This document shows positions 1 through 9,484 of a stretch of DNA of 64,000 nt, one piece after another. The stretch is from positions 64,001 through 128,000 of the forward strand of contig JBGAML010000004.1 in the NCBI GenBank assembly GCA_044223005.1, read 5' to 3'. The notes beneath the pieces are model-generated. The model saw nothing but the letters and a program-made list of their open reading frames with translations, was not told the origin of the DNA and ran no database searches. The position numbers were made by a program, and so were the translations under genes. Every line of letters begins with the position of its first letter. The first letter of the stretch is position 1. This DNA is from Candidatus Eiseniibacteriota bacterium. Its GTDB lineage: Bacteria; Eisenbacteria; RBG-16-71-46.

Positions 1-3000
1 GCCGCCCGCCACCTCGCGGCCCGCGACGTCGACGAGCCGCCAGCGCACGTCGGCCGCGCGCGGCAGCGACACCGCGAACGCGGCGCCGCTGCGCGAGGGC
101 GAGGGCGCGACGACCGAGAGCGCGAACGCGGCCGGGAGCGGCGTGCCGTCCCCGACGGCGAGCACGGGATCGCTCGTGTCGCCACCGAGCGTCAGAGTCG
201 CCGAGAAAGGCAGCGCGCCCGAGATCTCGACCTCCTCGGTGAGCGGGAGGTTCCGGCGGTCGGCCGATTCGAACGCGGGGCTCGCATTGAACGTGGCGCC
301 GGCCGTACCGACCTGCACCCACCCGCCCGCGGAGTTCACGAGCCGGTAATGGCTCGCGTCGGGGGCCGACGCCGACAGGTGCGCCTGGCCCCAGCGCGCG
401 AGGTCGACCGGGTTGGGCGAGAGCCCGAAGCGCACGTACGCCGTGCCGAGCGTGCCGCTGAAGTCACCGTAGAGCGTGGGCAGGAGCGCGCCGAGCGCGA
501 CCGTCTTCACGAGCTTGCCGTCGGGGCTCGTGAACGTCCAGCCCGCGGGATACGGCCCCGGGATCCCGAGCGGTGGCGTCGTCATGCGCGTGACCGTCGT
601 GGCTTCGTCGGCGCGCGTGCCGTCGTTCATGACCTTGAACGCCGAGCAGCGGTTGGCGAGTGCGGTCGCGAGTTCCTCCTCGCCGGGCGCGGAGGGATTC
701 GTGAGGCCGGGGCCCACCAGCACCTCGGCGTCGTGCCGCGTGCGCGACCAGCCGCACGCGAGCACGCAGCGTCCGCCCCAGCGCTCGAACACCGACCACG
801 CGCGTCCGTTGGACAGCACGTATTCGTTCTCGCCGTCCTGGTCGAGGTCCGCCGCGTACGCGACGGGCGCCGCATCGGCGGCGATCGCACCCGTGCGCAC
901 GCTGTCGGCCCACTGCGCCGCGGCGGCGTAGAAGCCGGCACCGCGCACGTGGTTCGAGAGCCGCAATGCCCAGGTGTTGACGCCGTCCCACGAGAGGTCG
1001 GGGTACTGCCACGGTCCGTAGCAGCTGTTCGCGTAGTTCGAGTTGTCCTCCTCGTGCCACGCCGTCTCGTAGATCATCGACACGAACGACGCGACGCCGA
1101 GGTCGCGCACGCGCCCCGCGGGCGCCGCCTGCAGCGCCGCCCACGCGTCGTGGATCAGCGTGCCGGGCGTGTTGAGGTCGCCGTTGGCCTTGCCGCTCGG
1201 CAGGCCGGGGCCGTCGCTGCCGGTGCCGACGCCGCGCGTGTGGTAGTCGCCCTGCGGCCCGGTCAGCACGGGCACGAGCGAGTAGAAGTCCTGCTCCGCC
1301 GCGGAACCGCCGCCGCTGCCGCCGTAGTACCAGTTATCGTAAGAGTCCTCGGTCGAGTGCATGAGGTACTCGTAGGTCTGCAGCGGGAGGTCGTACCGCG
1401 TGCCGTGGTCGATCACGAACGCCGCCGGGTTCGCGAGCGCGAGGCCGAGCAGGTCCTTGAGCGTCGAGATGCGGATCCACGGGTGGTTCGCCGCCCAGCG
1501 GATCGTGGCGTGGTACTGGTTCGGGTTGTTGTTGGGGATGATGCCGCCACCCACCGGGTCGAACGACTTGCCCGCCAGCGCCTCCCAGTCGTCGAACACG
1601 ACCACGATCTCGCTCGAGTTCCCGTAGAGCGCCTTCTGCAGCAGGCTCGAGCGCGAATCGAGCACCATGCCGCCGTCCCAGTTGCCGAACTTGCCCTGGT
1701 CCTCGCGATCGTTGATCACGAAGCAGTAGACGCCGTTCACCTTGTGCACCTTGTGGCGGTAGCCGTAGTCGCCGTTGCAGTCCTCGCCCGGGTAGAACCA
1801 CGCGTGCAGGTGCGTGATCTCGTCGAGCACCGTGGCGACGTAGGGGCTCGCCGTGATGCTCTCGAACGTGTGGCCGTTCAGCGGCGAGAAGCCGGTGTTC
1901 GTGGAGCGGATCACGCGCTCGGGCACGTGCATCACCTGCGACTGCGCCGCGCTCACGCCGTAGACCACCTGGTTCAGCGTGTCGGTGAACGCGATCGACG
2001 CCGCGTTCACCGCGCCCTCGAAGTACGGCAGGATGTGCTCCGCGTACACGCCGCCGACGAGCGCGCCGGGCGTGGTGGACGCGTCCGCGTCCACGAAGTC
2101 GCGGATGCGCGCGAGGAACGACGGCCCGTCCTGCGGGTCGGACGCGCCGCCGGGCTTCTTCGCCCACAGGCACGCCGTGGTCAGCGAGCCGCTCGGGTGG
2201 ATGTTGAGCGGCACCTTGAACATCCCGTGGGTGTCGAGCGTGCGCTGGAAGCCGGTGCCACCAGTGATGCCCGTGGCCGCCTGCGGGTCGTAGATGTGCG
2301 CGCCGATGTCGCCCGCGCGGTTCACCGACTGGTTGCCGTGCGCGATCGAGGCGTAGTAGACGACGCCCGCGCTGTCGGTGGAGAGAATGGCGCCGTTCAG
2401 CACGCCGTCCGAGCAGCCCCGGTCGGTGTCGAGGAACGTGTCGGCGACCTTGCCGCCGCTCGCGCAACTGCTGGCCGGGGCACCGTCCTTGACCGTGAAC
2501 ACCTGGAAGGCGAGCGGCGAACTTCCGTTCCAGCCCGCGTTCGTCAGCACGCTGCGGTCGATCCCGAACTCGACGGCGTCCAGCTGGCTGTTCCAGTACG
2601 AGCCGAGGTATCCGCCCGCGACCGCGTTGAACGCCGCGTCGTAGATCCGGTAGTCGGTGCCCGAGACGGTGCCGGACTGGTAGAGGCAGAGGCAGCGCTC
2701 CCACGGGTGGTCGGTCTGCACGTTGACGAAGTCGGGCATCCAGACCTGCCCGCCGCTCGCGCAGTCGATCGCCACGTAGAGGTTGACGCCGCTCGTCTCG
2801 GCGCCGAGCGCGAGGTCCTGGAGGTCGACGCGGAAGTAGACCTTGTCGTTCTCCTCGCGTTCGTAGAACGCGACGAGATCGCGCGAGTCGTCGAGGCCGT
2901 CGTTGTAGAGGTAGCGCGAATCCGACGCGCCGGAGGGATCGAGCGCCTTCAGGTCGGCGTGCGTCCAGTCCTGGAACTCCTCGTACCAGGTGACGCCGCC

Positions 3001-3126
3001 GCGGTCGGTGCCGACCGCGGGGCCGGGCCCGATCGTGATCGCGGCGTCGGCCGCGGCGGGAACGAGCAGGAGCGCGGCGAGGAACGCCGCGGCGTGGGAG
3101 CGGAGGGCACGGGATGCGCGGGCCAT
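1..3126 (-). CDS. Large secreted glycoside hydrolase family 57-like protein with a C-terminal Ig-like/sorting domain (3' end beyond the window start)
   Basis: Hand translation from ATG at 3126 gives MARASRALRSHAAAFLAALLLVPAAADAA (signal peptide) and stays open to position 1. GH57-like segments are IAHGNQ, PLNIHPSGSL, HVPERV and VVFDDWE. The end reads FALSVVAPSPSR...VRWRLVDVAGREV, typical of FlgD-Ig/sorting tails. Missing from the ORF track because the stop lies outside the window. Confidence 0.75.
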   Translation of the reverse strand, partial: MARASRALRSHAAAFLAALLLVPAAADAAITIGPGPAVGTDRGGVTWYEEFQDWTHADLKALDPSGASDSRYLYNDGLDDSRDLVAFYEREENDKVYFRVDLQDLALGAETSGVNLYVAIDCASGGQVWMPDFVNVQTDHPWERCLCLYQSGTVSGTDYRIYDAAFNAVAGGYLGSYWNSQLDAVEFGIDRSVLTNAGWNGSSPLAFQVFTVKDGAPASSCASGGKVADTFLDTDRGCSDGVLNGAILSTDSAGVVYYASIAHGNQSVNRAGDIGAHIYDPQAATGITGGTGFQRTLDTHGMFKVPLNIHPSGSLTTACLWAKKPGGASDPQDGPSFLARIRDFVDADASTTPGALVGGVYAEHILPYFEGAVNAASIAFTDTLNQVVYGVSAAQSQVMHVPERVIRSTNTGFSPLNGHTFESITASPYVATVLDEITHLHAWFYPGEDCNGDYGYRHKVHKVNGVYCFVINDREDQGKFGNWDGGMVLDSRSSLLQKALYGNSSEIVVVFDDWEALAGKSFDPVGGGIIPNNNPNQYHATIRWAANHPWIRISTLKDLLGLALANPAAFVIDHGTRYDLPLQTYEYLMHSTEDSYDNWYYGGSGGGSAAEQDFYSLVPVLTGPQGDYHTRGVGTGSDGPGLPSGKANGDLNTPGTLIHDAWAALQAAPAGRVRDLGVASFVSMIYETAWHEEDNSNYANSCYGPWQYPDLSWDGVNTWALRLSNHVRGAGFYAAAAQWADSVRTGAIAADAAPVAYAADLDQDGENEYVLSNGRAWSVFERWGGRCVLACGWSRTRHDAEVLVGPGLTNPSAPGEEELATALANRCSAFKVMNDGTRADEATTVTRMTTPPLGIPGPYPAGWTFTSPDGKLVKTVALGALLPTLYGDFSGTLGTAYVRFGLSPNPVDLARWGQAHLSASAPDASHYRLVNSAGGWVQVGTAGATFNASPAFESADRRNLPLTEEVEISGALPFSATLTLGGDTSDPVLAVGDGTPLPAAFALSVVAPSPSRSGAAFAVSLPRAADVRWRLVDVAGREVAGG

Positions 3127-3242
3127 GGGAATCCTCGGGAGGCGGAGTGCGGAAACGTCCCTCGATTCTACAACGCGTGCCCGGCGGCCTGCAGGCCCGG
3201 GGGCGATCGGGGTACACTCGCGCGTCCGCAAGGAGGAACGTC

Positions 3243-4304
3243 ATGAACATTCTCGTCCTGGGCGGCGGCCAGCAGGGCCGCGTGATCGCCAGCGACCTGG
3301 CCCGCTCGCTCTCCACCGCCCGCATCGACGTGGCCGACGTGAAGGAGCCGCGCCTCGCCGCGCGGCCCAACCTGCGCTACGTGGCGGCCGACCTGTCCGA
3401 CGCGGAGACGCTCGCGCGCCTGATCCACGCGCACGACCTCGTGGTCGGCGCGCTGCCGTCGCGGTTCGGCTACGGCGTGATGCAGGCGGCGATCGCGGCG
3501 AAGCGCCCGCTCGTGGACGTGAGCTTCTGCGCCGAGAACCCGCTCGAACTGGACGCGGCCGCGCGGGCGGCGAAGGTGGCGATCCTGCCGGACTGCGGGC
3601 TCGCGCCGGGCCTGTCGCACCTCTGCTGCGGCCACGCCGCGGCGCGGGGTGCGCTCGAGGAGCTGGTGATCTACGTGGGGGGCGTCGCGCAGGATGCGTC
3701 GCGCCCGTACGGCTACGTGGTCACGTGGTCGCTCGACGACCTGCTCGAGGAATACGTGCGGCCGGCGCGCTTCGTGCGCGACCGCAAGCCGGTCTCGCTG
3801 CCGGTCTTCTCGGAGATGGAGACGCTCGAGGTCGAGGGCGCGGGCACGATGGAGGCGTTCCTGTCGGACGGCCTGCGCACGCTCATGGACACGCTGCCCG
3901 ACGTGCCGCACATGGCCGAGAAGACGTTGCGCTGGCCCGGGCACGTCGCCGCGATCCGGCCGCTGCTCGAGCGCGGCACGTTCCTCGACGAGTTCCGCGC
4001 GCAGTGCGTGGTCGAGTCGCCGCGCGACCTGGTCGCGATGGTGGTGCGCGCGCGCTGGCGCGACCGCGCCGCCCGCATGACGCTCGTCAGCCGCTGGGAC
4101 GACGCCGAGTCGCTCACCGCGATGGCACGCACCACCGCGCTCACGACGTCCGTCACCGCGCAGCTGGTCGCGCGCGGCGGCGCGCGCACGCCCGGCGTGC
4201 ACCCGCTCGAGCGCGTCGCCGCGGACGCCGACGCCTACCGGTTCATCGTCGACGAGATGGCACGCCGCGGCGTCGTGATGCAGTGGAAGGACGAGGCGCC
4301 GTGA
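3243..4304 (+). CDS. Saccharopine dehydrogenase / lysine 6-dehydrogenase family NAD(P)-binding oxidoreductase
   Basis: AGGAGG RBS before ATG 3243; Rossmann motif ILVLGGGQQG; DCGLAPGLS, YVGG, TWS, EAFLSDGLRT and EKTLRWPGH motifs. Confidence 0.9.
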   Translation: MNILVLGGGQQGRVIASDLARSLSTARIDVADVKEPRLAARPNLRYVAADLSDAETLARLIHAHDLVVGALPSRFGYGVMQAAIAAKRPLVDVSFCAENPLELDAAARAAKVAILPDCGLAPGLSHLCCGHAAARGALEELVIYVGGVAQDASRPYGYVVTWSLDDLLEEYVRPARFVRDRKPVSLPVFSEMETLEVEGAGTMEAFLSDGLRTLMDTLPDVPHMAEKTLRWPGHVAAIRPLLERGTFLDEFRAQCVVESPRDLVAMVVRARWRDRAARMTLVSRWDDAESLTAMARTTALTTSVTAQLVARGGARTPGVHPLERVAADADAYRFIVDEMARRGVVMQWKDEAP

Positions 4305-5512
4305 GCGGTGCCGGCGAGGTGCAGGGGCTGATCGCGCTGCAGCTGCGGCCGGGCCATCCCGACTTCCTCGACCTGCCGTGGCGCACGCCCATGGCCGCGT
4401 GGCGCGGGCAGTGCCCGCGGCTCGTGGACGTGCAGCGTGGACTGTCGCGGCACGAGGTGCAGTTCGTGGGCTACGGCTCGGCGATCTACGCGGTGAAGGA
4501 ACTGCCCGCGGGGCTCGCCGAACGCGAGTACGACATGCTGCTCCTGCTCGAGGAGCGCGGCCTGCCCGCGGTCTCCGCCGTGGGCCACGCGCACCGGCGC
4601 ACCGCGGACGGCGAGGAGAGCAGCGTGCTCGTCACGCGTTTCCTCGACGCGTCGCTGCCGTACCGCACGCTGTTCCAGAATCCCGGCCTGCAGCGCTACC
4701 GCGAACGGTTGATGGACGCGATGGCCGGGCTGCTCGTGCGGCTGCACCTCGCGGGCTTCTACTGGGGCGACTGCTCGCTCTCGAACACGCTGTTCCGTCG
4801 CGACGCCGGCGAGTTGCGCGCGTTCCTCGTCGACGCCGAGACGACCGAGCACCACGACGAACTCGGCGACGGCCCGCGGCGGCAGGACCTGATGATCCTC
4901 GAGGAGAACATCGCCGGCGACCTGACCGATCTCGAGGTCATGCACGAGCTGCCCGGTTCGCTCGACGCGTTCGAGACCGGCCCGAAGATCCGCGAGCGCT
5001 ACGAGGCGCTGTGGGCCGAGATCACGCGCGAGGAGATGGTCGGCCCCGCGGAGCCGTGGCGGATCCACGAGCGCATCCGCAAGCTCAACGCGCTCGGGTT
5101 CTCGGTGGGCGAGGTCGAGCTCGAGGCCACCGGCGAAGGCGACCGCCTGCGCATGCGCACGATCGTCACCGACCGCGACTACCACCGGCACGAGTTCCAC
5201 AACCTCACCGGGCTCGTCGCCGGCGAACGGCAGGCGCAGATCATGCTCAACGAGGTCCGCGAGCTGAAGGCGATGCTCGCGAAGAAGCTCGACCGCAGCG
5301 TCGCGCTCTCGGAGGCGGCGTTCCTTTGGGAGCGCGACCGCTGGCGGCCCGCGACGAAGGCGCTCGCACCCGTGCTCGTGACGGGGGAGGACCCCGCCGA
5401 GCTCTACTGCCAGGTGCTCGAGCACAAGTGGTTCCTCTCCGAGCGCGCGAAGCAGGACGTGGGCTTCGAGCGTGCGATCGCCGACTACGTGGAGCACTTC
5501 CGCCCGCGCTGA
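4301..5512 (+). CDS. DUF4032 domain protein with a lipopolysaccharide-kinase-like N-terminal domain
   Basis: GTG start overlaps the upstream TGA (GTGA). Motifs GLSRHEV, YAVKEL, LVRLHLAGFYWGDCSLSNTLFRRDAG, LVDAET and a C-terminal VLEHKWFLSE. Confidence 0.85.
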   Translation: MSGAGEVQGLIALQLRPGHPDFLDLPWRTPMAAWRGQCPRLVDVQRGLSRHEVQFVGYGSAIYAVKELPAGLAEREYDMLLLLEERGLPAVSAVGHAHRRTADGEESSVLVTRFLDASLPYRTLFQNPGLQRYRERLMDAMAGLLVRLHLAGFYWGDCSLSNTLFRRDAGELRAFLVDAETTEHHDELGDGPRRQDLMILEENIAGDLTDLEVMHELPGSLDAFETGPKIRERYEALWAEITREEMVGPAEPWRIHERIRKLNALGFSVGEVELEATGEGDRLRMRTIVTDRDYHRHEFHNLTGLVAGERQAQIMLNEVRELKAMLAKKLDRSVALSEAAFLWERDRWRPATKALAPVLVTGEDPAELYCQVLEHKWFLSERAKQDVGFERAIADYVEHFRPR

Positions 5513-5519
5513 CCTCCCG

Positions 5520-6467
5520 TCACGCGGTGTCGGGTGAGCGCGCGGGCTGCGGCGCGCGCCGCCGGTCGAGCAGCGAGAGTCCCACGCCGAGCACGAGCGC
5601 GCCGGCGACCACCGCCAGCGCCACGGCGTTCCCGATCTTCCACGGCGTGTGCGCGAGCAGCATCTTGGCGCCCGCGAACGCGAGCACCACGCCGAGCGCC
5701 CGGCCGAGGTGGCGGAACGCCTGCACCGCGCGCGAGAGGAGCGCGTAGAGCGAGCGCAGGCCGAGGATCGCGAAGACGTTCGCGGCGAACACGATGAACG
5801 GATCGAGCGTCACCGAGAACGCGGCCGGGATCGAGTCGACCGCGAACACGAGGTCGGCCAGTTCCACGCAGGCGAGCGCGAGCAGCAGCGGCGTCGCGTG
5901 CCAGCGGCCGGCGATGCGGACCCAGAAGCGGTCCTCGTGGAAATCGTCGGTGACGGGCAGCACGCGCCGCAGCCAGCGCACGACCGGGTTGCGCTCCGGC
6001 GCCGCCACGCTCTCGTGACCCTTCGCCATCTTGAGGCCGGCGACGACCAGCAGCGCGCCGAAGCCGTAGAGCACCCATTCGGCGTGCCGCACGAGCGAGG
6101 TGCCGAGCAGGATCATGCCGAGACGCATGAGCACGGCGCCGACGATGCCCAGGAACAGCACGCGGTGCTGCCACCGCTCGGGCACCGCGAACGCCGAGAA
6201 GATGAGCGCGATGACGAACACGTTGTCGAGGCTGAGCGAGAGCTCGAGCAGCCACGCGGTGAAGAACTCCAGGCCCGGTCCGGGACCGGCCACGCGCGTC
6301 AGGCCGGCCCCGAAACCGATCGCGAGCGCGCTCCAGAGCGCGGTCCACAGCGCCGCGGACCGGAGCCCGGGCACGTGACCGCGCCGGTGGATGACGCCCA
6401 GGTCCAGCGCGAGCACGCCCGCGACGAACGCCCCGAACGCGGCCCAGACGGAAAGCGGAACGTGCAT
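5520..6467 (-). CDS. terC: TerC/Alx family metal (Mn) homeostasis membrane protein
   Basis: LALDLGV, LELSLSLDNVFV, QHRVLFLGIVGAVLMR, DLVFAVDSIPA and NVFAILGLRSLY motifs; GAGGG RBS before ATG 6467. Confidence 0.93.
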   Translation of the reverse strand: MHVPLSVWAAFGAFVAGVLALDLGVIHRRGHVPGLRSAALWTALWSALAIGFGAGLTRVAGPGPGLEFFTAWLLELSLSLDNVFVIALIFSAFAVPERWQHRVLFLGIVGAVLMRLGMILLGTSLVRHAEWVLYGFGALLVVAGLKMAKGHESVAAPERNPVVRWLRRVLPVTDDFHEDRFWVRIAGRWHATPLLLALACVELADLVFAVDSIPAAFSVTLDPFIVFAANVFAILGLRSLYALLSRAVQAFRHLGRALGVVLAFAGAKMLLAHTPWKIGNAVALAVVAGALVLGVGLSLLDRRRAPQPARSPDTA

Positions 6468-6484
6468 CGTCGTGCCCTCCCCGT

Positions 6485-6817
6485 TCACACGCCGTGCGGG
6501 AGCGCCCGCGGACCGCGGCGCCCCTCGGAACGTCGCCGCGCGCGCGTGCGGCGGTCGATCTCGCGCTCGAGGCCTTGGACCACCTTGCGCCACGCGGCCG
6601 CGGCGGTGTGGTCGCGCGCTTCGATTCGCAGGTCGGGTCCCGGCACCTCGAGGTGCGCCGACGCGCTCCAGGCCGGCGCGGACTCGCGCCGGCGCTCCAG
6701 GACGACGCGCGCCGCGGACACGGCGACGACGTGACGGAAGCGGCGGACCTGCTCCGAGACCACTCGGGCGAGGTGGGCGTCGCTCTTCCAGCCGCGGAGA
6801 ATGACGTCGAGCTTCAT
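6485..6817 (-). CDS. HPF/RaiA (ribosome hibernation factor)-like protein
   Basis: AAGGAGGAGG RBS before ATG 6817; 110 aa with an HPF-like pattern (ARVVLE...ASAHLEVPGPDLRIEARD...AAWRKVVQGLEREI) and a basic C-terminus. Confidence 0.65.
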   Translation of the reverse strand: MKLDVILRGWKSDAHLARVVSEQVRRFRHVVAVSAARVVLERRRESAPAWSASAHLEVPGPDLRIEARDHTAAAAWRKVVQGLEREIDRRTRARRRSEGRRGPRALPHGV

Positions 6818-6973
6818 GGCTTCCTCCTCCTTGGGGGTTACGGCGGCCCGTCCGGGGACGGAGGGCGGGGGATCCGCCTCCGGCCCGGCGAGGAGAGGTT
6901 CGGGCACGGGGCACAGTTCGACCATGACTTGTTTTCGAATGCATTCTTAGGTCAGACCGAATAGTGTCCCGGC

Positions 6974-7888
6974 ATGGCGGCACTCAACTACCACCACCTG
7001 CGCTACTTCTGGATGGTCGCGCGCGAGGGCTCGCTGCGGCGCGCCGCGGAGCGGCTGCACGTGTCGCAGCCGACGATCTCGGCGCAGGTGCACGCGCTCG
7101 AGGACGCACTCGGCGAGCCGCTCCTGAAGCGCGCGGGCCGTGGCCTCGCGCTGACCGATGCCGGACGTCAGGCGTTCGACTACGCCGAGGAGATCTTCGG
7201 CCTGGGCGACGAACTCCAGCGCGCGATCGGGGCGGGCCACGGTGCGCGCGCCCTGCGGCTGCACGTGGGCGTCACCGATTCGTTGCCGAAGCTCGTCAGC
7301 CACGCCATCCTGCGCCCGGCATTCCATCTCGAGCAGCCCGTGCAGGTGTCGTGCGTGGAAGCGCGCGCCGAGGAACTGCTCGTGCAGCTGGCGGCGCTGC
7401 GGCTCGACCTCGTGCTCGCGGACGAACCCGCGCCCAGCGCCACGCACGTGCGCGCGTTCCACCACCGCCTCGGCGAGAGCGAAGTCGTGTTCTGTGCCGC
7501 GCCGCTCGTCGCGACGGCGCTGCGCGGCCGCTTCCCGGGGCGGCTCGACGGCGCGCCGATGCTGCTCCCGACGCCGGGCAACGCGCTGCGCCGCTCGCTC
7601 GAGCAGTGGTTCGACCGGCACGCGGTGCGGCCGCGGCTCGTGGCCGAGTACGACGACGTCGCGCTCATGAAGATGGCGGCGTCCGACGGCGCAGGCGTGC
7701 TGCCGCTGCCGGCGGTGATCGAGCGCGAGGCGCGCGAGCGCTACGGACTGGTGCGCGTGGGGCGGGCGGAGGGCTGCCGCCAGGAGTTCTTCGCCATCAG
7801 CGCCGAGCGGCGCCTCACGCATCCCGGTGTCGTCGCGATCACCGCCGCGGCGCGCCGGTCGCTCTTCGCGCGCCCGCGGCGGGGGTGA
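6974..7888 (+). CDS. LysR family transcriptional regulator, NhaR-like
   Basis: LNYHHLRYFWMVAREGS...LHVSQPTISAQ HTH, matching the NhaR subfamily N-terminus; LHVGVTDSLPKL and ISAERRLTHP. Confidence 0.9.
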   Translation: MAALNYHHLRYFWMVAREGSLRRAAERLHVSQPTISAQVHALEDALGEPLLKRAGRGLALTDAGRQAFDYAEEIFGLGDELQRAIGAGHGARALRLHVGVTDSLPKLVSHAILRPAFHLEQPVQVSCVEARAEELLVQLAALRLDLVLADEPAPSATHVRAFHHRLGESEVVFCAAPLVATALRGRFPGRLDGAPMLLPTPGNALRRSLEQWFDRHAVRPRLVAEYDDVALMKMAASDGAGVLPLPAVIEREARERYGLVRVGRAEGCRQEFFAISAERRLTHPGVVAITAAARRSLFARPRRG

Positions 7889-7895
7889 CGCCGCT

Positions 7896-9140
7896 TCAGC
7901 GGCCGGCGGCTCCCGGGTGGTCGAGCCACCAGATCATCTCGAGCAGCGGCACCGGGTAGGTGATCGCGCAGCGCCAGCCGCGGAAACGTGTCCTGGCGTG
8001 GCCCGCGCGCTCGAGCACGTGGCGGATCGCGGCGGGCTGGTCCGCAACGCCGGGTACCGAGTACGCGCGCGTGCCCGAGGGCAGCTGTTCGATCGTCGCG
8101 GCGAGGTCGACCTGCGTGAAGTGGCGCGCGCCCTCGTCGCGCGGCGGGTGCGTCGCGACGCGCGGCCCCGGCAGCACGAACGACACCCGCGGCGACGCGT
8201 CCGCGTAGAGCGATTCGGCGAGGAAGACGTCGCGGACGACCTGCTGGCTCGGCACGTGCAGCACGTAGCCGCGAATGCTCTGCATGCCCGGGCCGGGTTC
8301 GCGCGCCCACGCGTTGCGGATCCGGAACGCCGACGTGATCTCGGACGGCATGCGCAGCGCCGGATCTCCCGGCAGTACCAGCGTCGTCACGTTGCTGTCG
8401 TGCACAACCTCCAGGCCCGTGAGCGGCCGGCTGCTGAACTCGGGCAGCAGGTAGCCGAGGGAAGGGTCGCCCGGGCGCGGCGTGTCCACCGGTTCGAAGC
8501 GAACCGTGTCGGCTTCCGGTACGTCCTCGGGCGGGGCCGAGAAGCTGAGCAGCGCGAGTGGGGCACTCGGACGCATGCGCTGCAGCCGGAGCCGCCGGTG
8601 CACTTCGATGCCGTCGACCGTGCGACCGTTGTCCGATGGAACGAGGAAGAGCGCGGTCGAGAGCACGTCGCAGAAGTGTCCCAGCAGGAACGACATCGCC
8701 TTGAACGATGCCTGCTTGGCGATGTGTTCGCGCTTCTGCCGCACGCTGCTCGAGGATTCCGAGATCGCGGCATCGATCGCCGCGCGGCCGCCGGGCGTCT
8801 CGTCGACCAGAATCGCGAACGCCTCGGCCGCGCGCAGCAGGTCCGCGATGGCCTCGGGCGCCACGACCACGCCAGCCAGGTCGGCGAGGATGCGCAGGCC
8901 GGCGGGCGAGGGGACGAGGTGCATGAGATCGGTGTCGGTCGGCGCCTGGATCGCGCGCACGAGCCGGCTCGCGAGGCTCTTGTCGAGGCCGATCGCGCGC
9001 GAGAGCCGCGTCGGGCTCGGACGGGCACCGGCCAGCGTGGTGACGACGGGCGTCAGCGCCCGCCGGAGCTCGGCTCCGACCCGCGCGATCGCCACCAGTG
9101 GACTGCCGTAGGACGGCTCAGTCTCGAGCGTCGGGTGCAA
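7896..9140 (-). CDS. Hypothetical protein with an N-terminal HTH-like motif (start uncertain)
   Basis: Long ORF with normal amino-acid composition; PTRLSRAIGLDKSLASRLVRA looks like an HTH; remainder not recognised. Possible starts are TTG 9140 or GTG 9095. Confidence 0.6.
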   Translation of the reverse strand: MHPTLETEPSYGSPLVAIARVGAELRRALTPVVTTLAGARPSPTRLSRAIGLDKSLASRLVRAIQAPTDTDLMHLVPSPAGLRILADLAGVVVAPEAIADLLRAAEAFAILVDETPGGRAAIDAAISESSSSVRQKREHIAKQASFKAMSFLLGHFCDVLSTALFLVPSDNGRTVDGIEVHRRLRLQRMRPSAPLALLSFSAPPEDVPEADTVRFEPVDTPRPGDPSLGYLLPEFSSRPLTGLEVVHDSNVTTLVLPGDPALRMPSEITSAFRIRNAWAREPGPGMQSIRGYVLHVPSQQVVRDVFLAESLYADASPRVSFVLPGPRVATHPPRDEGARHFTQVDLAATIEQLPSGTRAYSVPGVADQPAAIRHVLERAGHARTRFRGWRCAITYPVPLLEMIWWLDHPGAAGR

Positions 9141-9425
9141 GTCGAGGAATCTCCTGGCGCAGTGGGCCGGCAGGGTGTCCCGACGAGAATACCGGATCGC
9201 GTCTCGTTGGCCCATGCCCGAGTCCGGTGTGGGGCACCGAACCGGTTTGTTGCGAGCGACTTGGCCGCGGGCGTCGCGATTGGCCATCGGCGGCCCGGCG
9301 CGAGGCGACGAACGGGTGGAGCGGCCGCTCCGCACGCGTCCGGGAACACGGCATCGCCACCCCGGCGGCGCCACTCGCGAGCGCCGGCGCAACCCGATGG
9401 CGCCCGAGATCTTGAGCGCTGCGGA

Positions 9426-9454
9426 TTGACCAACTTTCGCGGAATCTTTATCTT
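9426..9454 (+). promoter_or_regulatory. Sigma70-type promoter of the MerR-suf operon
   Basis: TTGACC (9426-9431), 17-bp spacer, TATCTT (9449-9454), in an AT-enriched patch. Confidence 0.6.
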
Positions 9455-9462
9455 GCGTCCGC

Positions 9463-9484
9463 ACTCTAACGTTTACGTAAGGGT
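9463..9484. promoter_or_regulatory. Imperfect palindrome, candidate MerR-family operator
   Basis: ACTCTAACGTTTACGTAAGGGT (8 of 11 pairs symmetric) directly abuts the ATG; its ACGT-TT-ACGT core resembles LiuR-type MerR boxes. Confidence 0.55.

Noticed and set aside
349..3246. 965-aa plus-strand ORF, and the many other long Arg/Ala-rich ORFs in the track
   Set aside because: These are antisense or off-frame shadows of real genes, caused by stop-codon scarcity at high GC; they carry no motifs.
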